59,726 nt of DNA from Octopus bimaculoides (lineage: Eukaryota). The notes under the pieces are model-generated. The model ran no database searches. It was given only the letters and a program-made list of their open reading frames with translations, and was not told the origin of the DNA. The stretch lies in the NCBI RefSeq assembly GCF_001194135.2, contig NC_068992.1, positions 15,322,313 through 15,382,038 on the forward strand. Reading direction: 5' to 3'. Below are positions 1 through 12,151 of the stretch, in pieces; position 1 is the stretch's first letter; each line of letters starts with the position of its first letter. Position numbers and translations under genes: made by a program.

Positions 1-53
1 AAATTGATTTTAATTGAGTTTTTACCTGTAATTTTGGATTTTGTCCTTAATAT

Positions 54-112
<59 letters not shown>

Positions 113-191
113 GGCACACACACACATATAAATATATATACATACATACATAGGCACACACATACAAACACCAACACATATATATGCAGAA

Positions 192-257
<66 letters not shown>
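54..257. repeat. Compound microsatellite (TA)n/(CA)n/(GATA)n
   Basis: Directly visible: a TA run, CA-rich mix, then a GATA run. Many similar tracts occur throughout the window. Confidence 0.97.
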
Positions 258-296
258 TATTTGCAAACACCTTGCAGAAACAAGAGCTGTTATTCG

Positions 297-330
297 AAAG
301 CTTCGCATACGGGGCTTATGGTTTCATCAG
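297..330 (-). ncRNA. Degenerate minimal hammerhead-ribozyme-like motif (Penelope-type)
   Basis: Minus strand reads CTGATGA-A-ACCATA-AGCCCCG-TATGC-GAAGCTTT: canonical CUGAUGA, CATA/TATG stem II, GAAG instead of GAAA, palindromic AGCT. Confidence 0.3.
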
Positions 331-978
331 AAAAGAATCCACACCGTTTCGAGATCTTCCCCTGGACGACATTATTACGCAACGATCATCGCTTACTGAG
401 CCGAAACCTCACTTCACTTGTTAGATCAACTCATTTCTTTCACAAGTAAACAACAAAAAGATTATACAGTTCGCCAAGTAAGCGAATTGACAATTCAGTT
501 TTTAATTATTGCCACACCTATTCCCATTTACTAACTGAAAGAAACAATATTTCACTCAAGCTTATTCTTGCTATATAATGCATTAGTTTTTGGTTCGGCT
601 TTTATTGTTGTGATAGTTGTCAGTGATTTATTTTCACTGTTTATTTGTGAAAAGAGAAGCCGTATGAACTTTGAAGGTTGTTTGTTACGATCAATGTAAC
701 GTTTGTGATGTTCATTTTAAATTTTCGTTTTTGACTTTTACATTGTAGAATAAATCGCTGACTGTGTGTAGACTTGAAGCATCAAAGGAATCTCAATCTC
801 AAGAAATGGTAGCCAAATTTCACCCAGATCACACCTTAAGAATAAAATAAAAGATATAATATAAAATTCAAAAACACGTTGGATAAGGCAGTCGTAGTTG
901 TTTTAAGAGAAAAGACAAAAACGTGTTACTTATGGCTGGAACGCCTTTGAGCAACGTATTAACGCTGAGTGAGACAAA

Positions 979-1417
979 TGGGCATGGCTGTTTGGACGCT
1001 GGCCTGTTGGCACAACTGACTAAGTATTCAACCTGTTTTGGCGATACTACATTTTGATACTAGAGATGAACACACACGAATATACATACGCGCGTGTAGA
1101 AACATACACATAGAGATAGAGAGTAAAAGAGCCAGAGAGTGGGAGAGCGAGAGAGATATTACAATTTGCTAATTGAACACGGCTGAGAGAAACACTCTCC
1201 CTCTCCTTATATACATAAAATGAAATAAGCTCACGCATATAACCACAGAGAAAGAGAGAGAGACAAAGTGAGTGATAGGGGGAGGAAGGTGAGGGAGGGA
1301 AGAAGAAAGAGAGAACAAAAGAAACTCTAAAGTGTCTGATGTCAAGCAAATCATCTCCGAATCAGTGACGCCAACTAGGCAGCGCCGAACCGGTTGTGCC
1401 AAAACGTCTCATGCCCT
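979..1417. mobile_element. MITE with ~14-bp subterminal repeats, copy 1 (possibly PIF/Harbinger-like)
   Basis: Ends TGGGCATG...CATGCCCT. Inverted arrays of NNTTYGGCRCNNC-like units at both ends. Flanks aaa/taa. Homologous to 56520-56897. Confidence 0.55.
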
Positions 1418-2119
1418 TAATAACGTGAACGTAGATTGAATTTTAGTGAGCTGCTATGCTGCGTTTGAAAATATTGAGGAATATGTCTGGTGGTAGAGAC
1501 GAGAGCAGAGGGCAGTAGACATTGTTACACTAAATGAAACAGGGTGAATATGATATGCATTACATATGGTATGCATTAATAGCGGAAGAGTTAGATAAAT
1601 TTAAAAGAGGTTCCTTGCATTACTGATTACTCTGTTTCAGTAAGACATTCTTCTCTCAACTAAATGATCATATCTGAGATTAAATCAATATTGAATTAGA
1701 AAAGATAGAAATCTAAACATGCTTTTAGAGGTTTAGTTATGTCCCTTTATGAACATACCCTCGCCTTGCATCATTTTAATAGTCACAAATGTGACTATTA
1801 AAAGGATGATTATTTCCTCTAATCATTAGGGCTTCATGAAATAATGGCCAATTAAAATGGAGTTGTGGAAAGACTCTTTGTGGCTTTGTGCATTTCGGGA
1901 AAACCAAAATTAATATCAAACGCCACTTTCCGCTCTCTGTTCAAATCAGCCGAGGTCCTCACTTTTTATTCTAGAATCGATAATACAACTCTCTTGTACC
2001 AGTCGTTTCTCTCTTCATCCAAATATGTCGTTCTAATATGTGAATGTGTATATACATATACTGTGTGTATATATATAAACAAACTATGTATGTGGAGATA
2101 CATACACACAGACACAGTG

Positions 2120-2192
<73 letters not shown>

Positions 2193-2239
2193 CACACACA
2201 CACACACGAATATAATGCATATGTATGTGTGTATATATA

Positions 2240-3497
2240 TCAGGTCATCCCATAAGTTCTGTCCGATTTTACCTTTTTTAAAATTGCATGAAATTTAATA
2301 TTATTTTAGAATATATAATGGAATTAAAAATTATTGTTATGCATTTGTGTACATTTAAACTAATTAAACATTATTTTACAGAATAATAGAATTAAAATTT
2401 CTTCGATTAAAACTCTTTCTAACATGGAAGTATCCAAAGAGTATTTAAGGCACATAATGCTTTATGAGTACAAAAAGAAACTCTCAACCGATGCAACTCG
2501 AAACATACACTCAGTTTATGGGAAAGAATGCTTGAATGAAAGAACTTGCAGAAGATGGTTTGCAAATTTCGAAAGTGGGGATTTCAACCTTGAAGATGAA
2601 GAGCGAACAGGACGTCCAGTTGAGTTTGACGATAAGCTCCCTGAGGCATTACTTGAAGAAAATCCTGCATTATCAGTTGAAGAATTAGCAATAAAGCTTA
2701 GTTCAAATTATACAACTGTTCATCGTCATCTTCAACGACTTGGAAAGGTTCCTAAACTTGGAAAATGGGTGCCTCATAAATTGTCCAAAAGCAACTGCAA
2801 ATCTCGAGTTGACATCTGCTCTTCTCTCCATTCTCGCGAAACTCATTTCACCCTTTATGGATAGACTTGTGACTGGTGACGAAAAATGGACCTTCTATCG
2901 AAATGTTAAACGTCGTAAACAGTGGCTTAGTAAGAAGGGAATTCATGGGAAAATGTTTCTTCTCTCTATCTGGTGGAATTGCGTAGGAGTAATTCACTTT
3001 AAATTGTTACCACCTAATGCAACAATTAATGCTCAAATCTATTGTCATCAATTAAAGCGTTTGGACGAAGCTTTGAGGAAAAAAGACGCGCTTTAGTGAA
3101 TCGAAAAGGAGTGATGTTTCATCAGGACAATGCGCGACTCCACGCTGCATAGATCAAATCACAGAAGATCGAAGAGCTTGGTTGGGAGAAAATTCCCCAT
3201 CCACCTTATTCTCCTGACCTTCTTCCCTCAGACTACCAATTGTTTCGTAGTTTACAGAATCATTTGGGGGACATAACTTTCGCAAGCCAGGAGGAGGTCG
3301 AAACTGACATTTCAGAGTTTTTCGCTTTGAAGCCAAAAGAGTTTTACATTGATGGGATTAAAAAGCTTGTAAATAGATGGAAGGAAGTCATAGATAATCA
3401 GGGAAAGTACATTGATGACTAAATTTCAATTAAATATAACATTTGATCACTTGTTTTCTTTATTCAGAATTCGGACAGAACTTATGGGATGACCTGA
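2240..3497 (+). mobile_element. Near full-length mariner DNA transposon
   Basis: Perfect 27-bp TIRs TCAGGTCATCCCATAAGTTCTGTCCGA (2240-2266 / 3471-3497), TA on both sides, 1258 bp long, internal transposase. Confidence 0.97.
2424..3422 (+). pseudogene. Mariner transposase (D,D34D), disrupted
   Basis: Motifs WVPHKL, VTGDEKW, FHQDNA and HPPYSPDLLPSDY, with 34 residues between D2 and D3. Frameshifts near 2850 and 3090, in-frame TAG at 3150-3152. Confidence 0.95.
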
Positions 3498-4932
3498 TAT
3501 ATACATGCATACACGACGCAGATCTAGTGACACACAGGCACATTCCGACAGAATAATAAACGAACATCTTTACACTTAGACAGACAGATAGGTAGATTTT
3601 TAAAGAGAGAGAGAGAGTGAGAGAGGGGTGGGAGGGAGATGCATTAAATCAAACTTTACACCTGTTAATAAATCCCGCTCTTTCGCAACTGAAAACGATT
3701 TACCCAAAGTAATTGTGAGCTTTGCTGAAAGGAACGCAATATATATTTATTGAATGGACGATACTAATTAACACCTGTAGTCTCTAATTACCTTTACGCA
3801 GCAGAGTCCATTTAATGCTTCCTAATTTAAATAGAAGTGAATCTCAGCGTGCTAAATATTTCCATATTCTGTTTGTATCGCCTTGTTACGTTGATGTAAT
3901 ATAACACTCTATTCTTACATTCTTCTATTCGTTTGTTCTTCCATCTCCTATTTTTTCTCTCTTCTCTGACGCTTTGCAATAAATATAAACAAGAAACCAC
4001 ACTAAAAAGCATGGTCAGTTTGTCACCTTAGCCCTTCCACCTCTGCTGATAACGCTGTTTCTGCATTCACTCGCAGTTTAACAAAACCCAAATACTTTAA
4101 TTTCACGCGTATCAATACAAACATTTGTTGGAGAGGACGGACTCTAAATAATACCACGATATGCTAAAAAAGCGCAACCAAAACCTCCCGTGAAATACAG
4201 CCAACTTCCTTATAAATTGGAAAAGTAAGGCCTGATTCGATAAAATAGCTCTAGATATACCTGGAAAAGAAAATACGGGATGGTCTTATGTACGTTATTG
4301 GAAAGAGTTTGCTTCGGGCCCAAGCGACTTCAAGTTTCGTAAACTTCTGAGACTCAGCTCGACGGGATCAGTTAATCGAATATTTGTGTATGTGTGTGTG
4401 TGTGTGTGTGTGTACATAGATAAATAAATAAATAAATACCTGCATATACATACATATACATACATATTTGTTCATGTATGTATGCATGTATATAGATAGA
4501 TATAAAAGTGGATATACACAAATAGGTGTACACATACATACTTATAATATTATATATAAATGTATATACTTACATATAGACACATATACAAATACATAGA
4601 ATGAGTTGCTGGCGCACGAACACTACCCCCCCACACACACACACATACGCCGACGCACAATGTAAATCCATTGAGCATTGTGTTGTCTTACCATAGTTAC
4701 TTTTTTTTTTTTTGACCTAAATTAATGATTATTTTTGCATAAACTAACAATTTTGCAAAATCAGATTGCTTTAAATTTGCATATATCAATAAATACATTT
4801 GTAGTACTTCTTCATGGTTGCTTGAACTTTTAGAAATAGAAGCAAAACTCCACTCAAAATATAGCATAGTGACTGACTGGATAACTTTGTCTTATGTACA
4901 TCTTGAAAACACATAGTATATATCAGGACTGA

Positions 4933-5081
4933 GGAGGCGCAATGGCCCAGTGGTTAGGACAGCGGACTCGCAGTCGGAGGATCACGGTTTCGTTTCCCAG
5001 ACCGGGCGTTGTATGTGTGTTTATTGAGCGAAAACACCTAAAGCTCCACGAGACTCCGGCAGGGGTGGTGGTGACCCCTGT
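4933..5081 (+). mobile_element. tRNA-derived SINE family A, 3'-truncated
   Basis: A-box TGGCCCAGTGG and B-box-like GTTTCGTTTCC. Colinear with the complete copy at 53937-54312. Confidence 0.85.
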
Positions 5082-5119
5082 TTAAGCAAAAATTGATACA
5101 AAGTATTGAATTTTATAAT

Positions 5120-5244
5120 TATAATAGGGGCAACTTCTGCGTAGCCCGTGTCTATGTGATAAAGTTTTATAAAGAAGGTAGTTTTATAACCATTTGGCGT
5201 CGTCTTCTAGCATGTTGCGCTACTCACTAGTTGCCCTTATTATA
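5120..5244. mobile_element. 125-bp MITE-like element
   Basis: Imperfect ~28-bp inverted ends: TATAATAGGGGCAACTTCTGCGTAGCCC versus reverse complement TATAATAAGGGCAACTAGTGAGTAGCGC. Confidence 0.55.
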
Positions 5245-5322
5245 CATACATACATACATACATAAACTTTCGGGATTGTTTACAAATATTTCATACACAC
5301 ATAAACACACACACACACACAT

Positions 5323-5485
5323 ATATACGACTTGTTTTCAAACATTTCCCTTGTACCAAATTAACTAACATGGCATTGGTAGGTCCGAGGCCATAGTAGT
5401 CGACACACAAAGTTCCGCGTACTAGGATTGAACTCGAAGCTACGTGGTTGTCAAGCGCGCTTCTTAACCACACAGCCACGCCGGC
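5323..5485 (-). mobile_element. SINE family B, 5' part, diverged
   Basis: Reverse complement matches the head and body of 9143-9507 (ggcgtggctgtgtggttaagaag...). Confidence 0.75.
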
Positions 5486-6434
5486 ACCTTCTCCATATAG
5501 AGAAGTAACTAAAATTTATAGTTGAAAACAAGATGAAAGAAAAACTACGCATCAAAACAAATCGGCAGCAAGTCATATAAACAAACTTAAACAACAACAA
5601 CAAGAAAAACAATAACAATAATAACAAAAACAACAATAATCGCAACAGCAGCAGCAGCGGTAAGATATGTTCCCTTTCCTTTGGCAACATTAAAATCTGT
5701 TATATATCTCCATACACTGCAAGCAATTTAGTAGCTAATTTCCCTAGAGCATACAAGGTTATGGCAGAATATTCAAAATTTAAGAAATATATTCGTGAAT
5801 AACACTCATTCGGTGAGACCAAAGAATATTAAAGATTAATTGGATCATTTTCAAAATAGCCAATGCCAAATGGTTATCTATACTTAATAAATGAATGCCA
5901 GAAATGGGTTCAGATATTGCATAGTTAATAGAAAAATCAAAATGAGATCATTATCAGTCAGTAGCTGCTATCTAACGGCAAATACTGGGAACAACTTAAG
6001 AAAGCAGCTTCATATACGCCATCTCTCTATCTCTCTCTTTATCTATCTATCTATCTATTTATCTATCACTCAATCAATCAATCAGTATATATATATATAT
6101 ATATATGATTACTTGTGTGTGTGTGTCTGCTTATACATACATATACATATATACATGCATATATATATATATATATACATATATACATATATATAGATAT
6201 ACATACATATATATATATTTACATACATACATACATACATATATATATACACACACTGTTAGTCTCACACATATACACACGTCCATACGCATACTCATAC
6301 ATATACACACGCACACACATCTACAGAGGACCACATATTTTTCAGCTTGACTATGCATACATACATACATACATACATACATACTCACACACTCACATCC
6401 ATTCATATATACACATACCATTCTTACAAGTACA

Positions 6435-6722
6435 CGAGTGCTCGCTAAGAAATTCATTTTACAGAGTTACCGTCATTATCTCCCTTTCATTCAACTTCTC
6501 CCTTCTGGCCATTTTACCAGAACCGATTATCCCAACACATTTTTTCTTTCGGTGTTTTTCATTCTCTTCCTCCTTATTTTTCCTCGTAATCCCTTCTGCC
6601 GAAGAGAGTGGGCTCGAAACGTAAAAAAAAAAAACTTCCATTCTTCCTGAGCATTAAATTAATACACCTCCTTGTTGTTCCTACACTTGTCTTCGTCTTT
6701 GGTTTTCTGTAAATTTGAACTA
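6435..6722 (+). mobile_element. Penelope-like element 3' end remnant
   Basis: Decayed coding end resembling a GIY-YIG C-terminus, then a hammerhead-like motif and a pyrimidine-rich tail homologous to 13190-13330. Confidence 0.5.
6596..6623 (+). ncRNA. Minimal hammerhead-like motif
   Basis: CTGCCGA-A-GAG-AGTGGG-CTC-GAAA-CGT-A: one mismatch to CUGANGA, 3-bp stem II, GAAA, palindromic ACGT stem III, UH = UA. Confidence 0.4.
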
Positions 6723-6906
6723 GAAACCCGGGTCTGTGCGTATCACGTCAGATCGACGATGGGAAGGATGACTTCCCTTTGCAAATACCGACAGGGCACA
6801 GAAAGTGTGCCAATAGCCAGCTGGAGGAGATGTTCTCCTGGGGCTAAAAGCAACAGTAGCATTCACCCTTAGGTTCCAGCCGCATTTAAGTGGCAAATAT
6901 ACTTCA

Positions 6907-6956
<50 letters not shown>

Positions 6957-7084
6957 CTTTCTGTTTCACTTAATTGTTGCAGCTAGTGGGTGGCCGTGAA
7001 GGGATAATGACATTCATTCGCTAAATTGCTAATAATTGCAAATTTATTTCATTCAAGAATTATCATAGCCCTCTTCTGTGGTTT

Positions 7085-7385
7085 GGTTTCAGTGAATAAC
7101 GAAGTTCGACAATGCTGCTCGTAATTCCGTTTCCTGACTTAATGTGAATTCACTTGATATCTCGTAGAAAATTCATCGAAGCTTTCTTTGAACACATCCA
7201 CATCTAAGACACGTAGGTTCCTTAGGCTGTTTGGCAACGAACTGGAATGCAGAGGGGAATTGATCTCTAAGCCGTATACAGTGTTTTGAGTCCATAAGAG
7301 GATGAGATCTTTTTTATTTTCCAATGTCGGTCCCTTCTATGGCTGATGTCGGTTTTAATCCCAGAGTTAGGCCCTCCAAATTTCA
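7085..7385 (-). mobile_element. Non-LTR retrotransposon ORF2 3' end (CR1-group-like, clade unresolved)
   Basis: Frameshifted translation PNSGIKTDISHRRDRH...NSLPNSLRNLRVLDVDVFKESFDEF matches the typical LINE C-terminal pattern SLP..LRNL....D.FK..LD.F. Confidence 0.65.
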
Positions 7386-7425
7386 CCTATACATACATAC
7401 ATACATACATACATACATGCATACA

Positions 7426-7644
7426 TATGAGGGGTCCTGAAAAGTTCCTGGCTTTAAGAGGACCGCGAAAGCCCTGGTTGGAGGCCTAAACTTCCGAGTC
7501 ATTTTACAGGGCTTAGAAAAATAGAAGGACCTTTGCAATCGGTATGTGTATCTAAAAGGGAAAATGTTCAATAAAAGTATAATAAACTGATCCTTTTGTG
7601 TTTTCTTTCAACCAAAACCAAGAACGTTTCCGAACCCAGTCGTA
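7426..7644 (+). mobile_element. Mariner-derived MITE (internally deleted)
   Basis: TA-TGAGGGGTCCTGAAAAGTTCCTGGCTTT at left, degenerate inverted copy ending CG-TA at right. Interior retains the last codons of a mariner transposase. Confidence 0.75.
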
Positions 7645-7701
7645 CATATATACATTCACGTCTTCCAGCATCTGCGCATACATCTATATTTATATATATG
7701 C

Positions 7702-7877
<176 letters not shown>

Positions 7878-8251
7878 ATACACACATATATATATATTTA
7901 TCTTACATATGTGTGTTGTGTGTGTATGTGTGTGTGCCTATATGAAGAGAGCCGACTCAGTAGTAAGTATAACCATTGCTTGTTAATTAACTGCAAATCG
8001 AAGACGGTTTTTTTAGCACAAGCTTATGATTTGTAGCTTTTGCCACAAGAATTGCACACATGCCAAAAATAGGTTCGTATATTTCTCAGTTAATAGAAAA
8101 ATCGAAATGCCGGTAGCAATGTAAAAGATCATTATCAGTCAATAGTTATTATCTCACTGCAAATACTTGCTACAGCTTGATAAAGATACTTCATGCCACT
8201 TAAACAAACATTGCATTGGTGTATTTATGTACACACTCACTTACATACATA

Positions 8252-8284
<33 letters not shown>

Positions 8285-8287
8285 TAC

Positions 8288-8776
8288 AGAGGAGGAACAT
8301 TCCCATCAAAACGTCTGTCAAATGTAAACATAACAGGCCGAATATTGTTGTTTGGAACAGAGGCGCAAAGGTATGTACCATCATAGAGGTCAGCTGCCCT
8401 GCATATAATAAATAGCTCTTTGAAAATCAAAGAAGAAGAGGATATCTATGAACAACTCCTTCGAAACCTCCAGCTTCTATATCCAGACTATGAATTCATA
8501 TTCATACCAATAACAATTGGAGCACTAGGTTTTGTTAGTAAATGCTTAAAGGAGAATCTGGATAAACTGGGGTTTTCAGAAAGAGAAATCGGCCGCCTAA
8601 TTCGCATATTACAAGTGCAATCTGTTAGTGGAACAGTAAAAATATTCAAGATTTTTCTCATGTTCCGAATGTAAATTTATCTGCATTAACTTCATCCCAA
8701 AGATGGAGCCTTGTATCGTAGTTGGAAACCGGCCCCTCCTCAGTGGAAAATTTATAGTAATCAAAAATTCAAGAGA
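8288..8776 (+). mobile_element. 5'-truncated R4-clade-like non-LTR element with restriction-like endonuclease
   Basis: NIPIKTSVKCKHNRPNIVVW...IIEVSCP...EEEDIY...IPITIGALG...GTVKIFKIFLMF* is the C-terminus of a PD-(D/E)xK RLE, with one stop and a frameshift. ~100-bp 3' UTR; (CATA)n on both sides. Confidence 0.85.
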
Positions 8777-8865
8777 CATACATACATACATAGATACATA
8801 CATACATGTGTGTGTGTATGTTTGTAGCTGTGTGCGTGTATTCATTCATACATCCACACATATAT

Positions 8866-8995
8866 GGTTTGGTGGGTAGGGCTTTGTATTCTTGGTCGTA
8901 AGGTTGTGGTTTCGATTCCACCCCGTGCAGAGCGTTATATTCTTGAGCAAAAAGATCTCATTTCGGTTGCATCGGTATATTCAGCTGGTAATTTC
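8866..8995 (+). mobile_element. Diverged 5' half of the V-SINE-like family
   Basis: Colinear with the head of 38838-39082 (gttgtggtttcgattc...ttcttgagcaaaa). Confidence 0.5.
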
Positions 8996-9142
8996 TTAAG
9001 GCTACGAGTCGGGAAAGAACTTTGATACTTCATTTATTATTATAAGCATAATCGCAGAGCAGTAATGGAAATAATCAAACATTAGTTTCGTTCAAATATT
9101 TTTCAGACATATTTCGGCTTTTAAATACGAAAAATTGTTGTG

Positions 9143-9507
9143 GGAGTGGCTGTGTGGTAAGTAGCTTCCTTACCAACCACATGGTTCTGGGTTCAGTCCC
9201 ACTGCGCGGCACCTTGGGCAAGTGTCTTCTACTATAGCCTCGGGCCGACCAAAGCCTTGTGAGTGGATTTGGTAGACGGAAACTGAAAAGAAGCCCGTCG
9301 TATATATGTATATATAGAGATATATGTATGTGTGTGTATATGTTTGTGTGTCTGGTTTTGTCCCCCCACCAACATCGCTTGACAACCGATGCTGGTGTGT
9401 TTACGTCCCCGTACAAAGAATAAGTCCTGGGGTCGATTTGCTCGACTAAAGGCGGTACTCCAGCATGGCCGCAGTCAAATGACTGAAACAAGTAAAAGTG
9501 TAAAAGA
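9143..9507 (+). mobile_element. SINE family B, near complete, with internal microsatellite
   Basis: tRNA-like head with B-box GGTTCAGTCC, body gcaccttgggcaagtg, internal (TA/TG)n, tail ctgaaacaagtaaaag. ~47-bp deletion relative to the 49080-49150 copy. Confidence 0.9.
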
Positions 9508-9979
9508 GTGTTTAGTCAGCTGAGCAGTGAATAAGAATATACATACCAACTCATTACTCGGCAATATATTAGTGATACCATAAAATACAGGTATAGACAA
9601 AATTCAGAGACATTAGAAAATATATGTACATGTCAAGGGGACGGACAAAATGAAAAATAGAAACGCACTGACAATGATGCTAATAAATCTCAGATGGACA
9701 TTTCTGCGGTATAACAAAAATTGGGCGCGGAACAAATATCGATATCAATGAAGTAGTAATTTCACTGACGATCAAATATCTACGAAGAGCAACCATGCCT
9801 CCCCGAAGTAATACACAATCACTTGCAATACTTTTGTTAAAGAAGAAGTTTAATTCTAATGTAAGTATATTTTCATATATATGCACTTAGGAATCGGTGT
9901 CCATTTCTTGGCACGTGTTGTTGTCTGGTCTGTGCAATTATCTATGCAGAGAAGTTCCAAAAGATTTCAAATTGAACAA

Positions 9980-10040
<61 letters not shown>

Positions 10041-10472
10041 NNNNNNNNNNNNNNNNNNNNNNNNNNNNNNNNNNNNNNNNNNNNNNNNNNNNNNNNNNNN
10101 NNNNNNNNNNNNNNNNNNNNNNNNNNNNNNNNNNNNNNNNNNNNNNNNNNNNNNNNNNNNNNNNNNNNNNNNNNNNNNNNNNNNNNNNNNNNNNNNNNNN
10201 NNNNNNNNNNNNNNNNNNNNNNNNNNNNNNNNNNNNNNNNNNNNNNNNNNNNNNNNNNNNNNNNNNNNNNNNNNNNNNNNNNNNNNNNNNNNNNNNNNNN
10301 NNNNNNNNNNNNNNNNNNNNNNNNNNNNNNNNNNNNNNNNNNNNNNNNNNNNNNNNNNNNNNNNNNNNNNNNNNNNNNNNNNNNNNNNNNNNNNNNNNNN
10401 NNNNNNNNNNNNNNNNNNNNNNNNNNNNNNNNNNNNNNNNNNNNNNNNNNNNNNNNNNNNNNNNNNNNNNNN
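10041..10472. other. Assembly gap (others at 17887, 22060, 29443, 31640, 37673, 41349, 43428, 48473, 50969, 53345)
   Basis: Runs of N, mostly flanked by microsatellites. Confidence 0.99.
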
Positions 10473-10735
10473 ATATATATATATATTATCGATATTATTA
10501 GTACGCGTGATTATATTCCATAGAAATTTTCGTTACTTCAACATATGTAATTTATTGCAGCAATATAATTGCCGAAAAGTAGTTAAAACTGACCAACTTT
10601 TCTGTTTATGGCCACATATGATGGTGTATGTATGAGTGCACGTGACTATACATAAATATATAAGTAATTATGTATGTGCTAATATATATATATATACTGC
10701 ATAAATACATAGTGATAGATAGACTGATATGTATG

Positions 10736-10776
<41 letters not shown>

Positions 10777-11357
10777 GTATGTACACGCACGCACACACAC
10801 ACATATATATATGTGCATGTATGTTTTTATATATGAATATGATATACATATGTATACGCGCGCGCACATGTTTGGGTTTGTGTGTGTGTGTGTGTGTGTT
10901 CTTATGTATCACTTTTTGCTGTCATCATAACAACTCAAGATCATAGAAAACAGTGGAATTGTCGCAAATTTTTCAATTTTAATGCTCCAATAAAATACGT
11001 AAATTGAAAAATTGATGGAAAATTATTATAGATATATTAGTCATAATTTGAATATTTCTTATCTATGTTTATGTCAACGATTGTCTACGACTGATTTTTT
11101 TTTTTTTGTTAGTAATTGAGCATATGGTTACTGTATTTTCTATTATATCATTAAAATAATGAGAACACGGTTATATCCTTATTATTATTATAAATACGTA
11201 ACATTATATAGTTTTGCTACTGTCGTTTCTGTATCTTTTCAGTTTTAATTTATACATGCATACACACACACAGACACACGCATATTTGTCTATATATATG
11301 TATGCATACGTATATATATTTACGTACACGCATGCACACATGTAAGTAAATATGTTC

Positions 11358-11411
<54 letters not shown>

Positions 11412-11442
11412 AACATAGACACATATATAGGGAGACACACAC

Positions 11443-11509
<67 letters not shown>

Positions 11510-11854
11510 TGTAAAGGTAAGATCCTAAGATCAAGGTGAAGGAAATTAGGGAGCTTCAAGCAGTCCGCAGAAGATACCAGAAAAAATAAACCTTAGAAAC
11601 AATAGTGGTTTATTGGTGCAGATGTTTGTGAATTTTTCCTGTATCTATGTACGTTAAGCTGAAAAATCATTCGGTGGTTGAAGAGAAGAGAAGAGCAACC
11701 CGCATTATACATATAAACTTAAATACTTGAATAGTGTGTGTACGCATGTGTGTATATGTAAGTATATATAAATAGACAGGTGTAAACGCATGTAAAAATA
11801 TATGGGTTTGTATGAACTAGAGAATACATGTATATGTGTATGTGTATAGATATA

Positions 11855-12078
11855 CTGGGTTGGTCAAAAGTCACCTGACAGTAAATCAAAATTCTCTAAA
11901 TACTTAATATTCAAATTTATTTATTCATTTGGAAAAAAAATGGTGTCCCTCAAGGACTTCAGTTGGAATAATTTTCATTATGTTTCATATTTAGATGCTT
12001 GTATTAAATTTATTCAGTTGCTAAACATAAATAAACCTTGGTTTTGATTTACTGTCAGGTGACCTTTAGGCAACCCTG
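11855..12078. mobile_element. Tc1/mariner-type MITE (224 bp)
   Basis: ~37-bp TIRs C(A/T)GGGTTG..(C/T)AAA.GTCACCTGACAGTAAATCAAAA; TA at left, cgta at right. Confidence 0.85.
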
Positions 12079-12079
12079 C

Positions 12080-12151
<72 letters not shown>

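Noticed and set aside
4933-5010. tRNA genes (also 26497, 39010-39082, 54240-54312)
   Set aside because: A and B boxes are present but continue into shared SINE bodies, and I could not form a complete cloverleaf.
9690-9865. Open frame ending at AAT|GTAAGT
   Set aside because: No acceptor and no homology; expected by chance.
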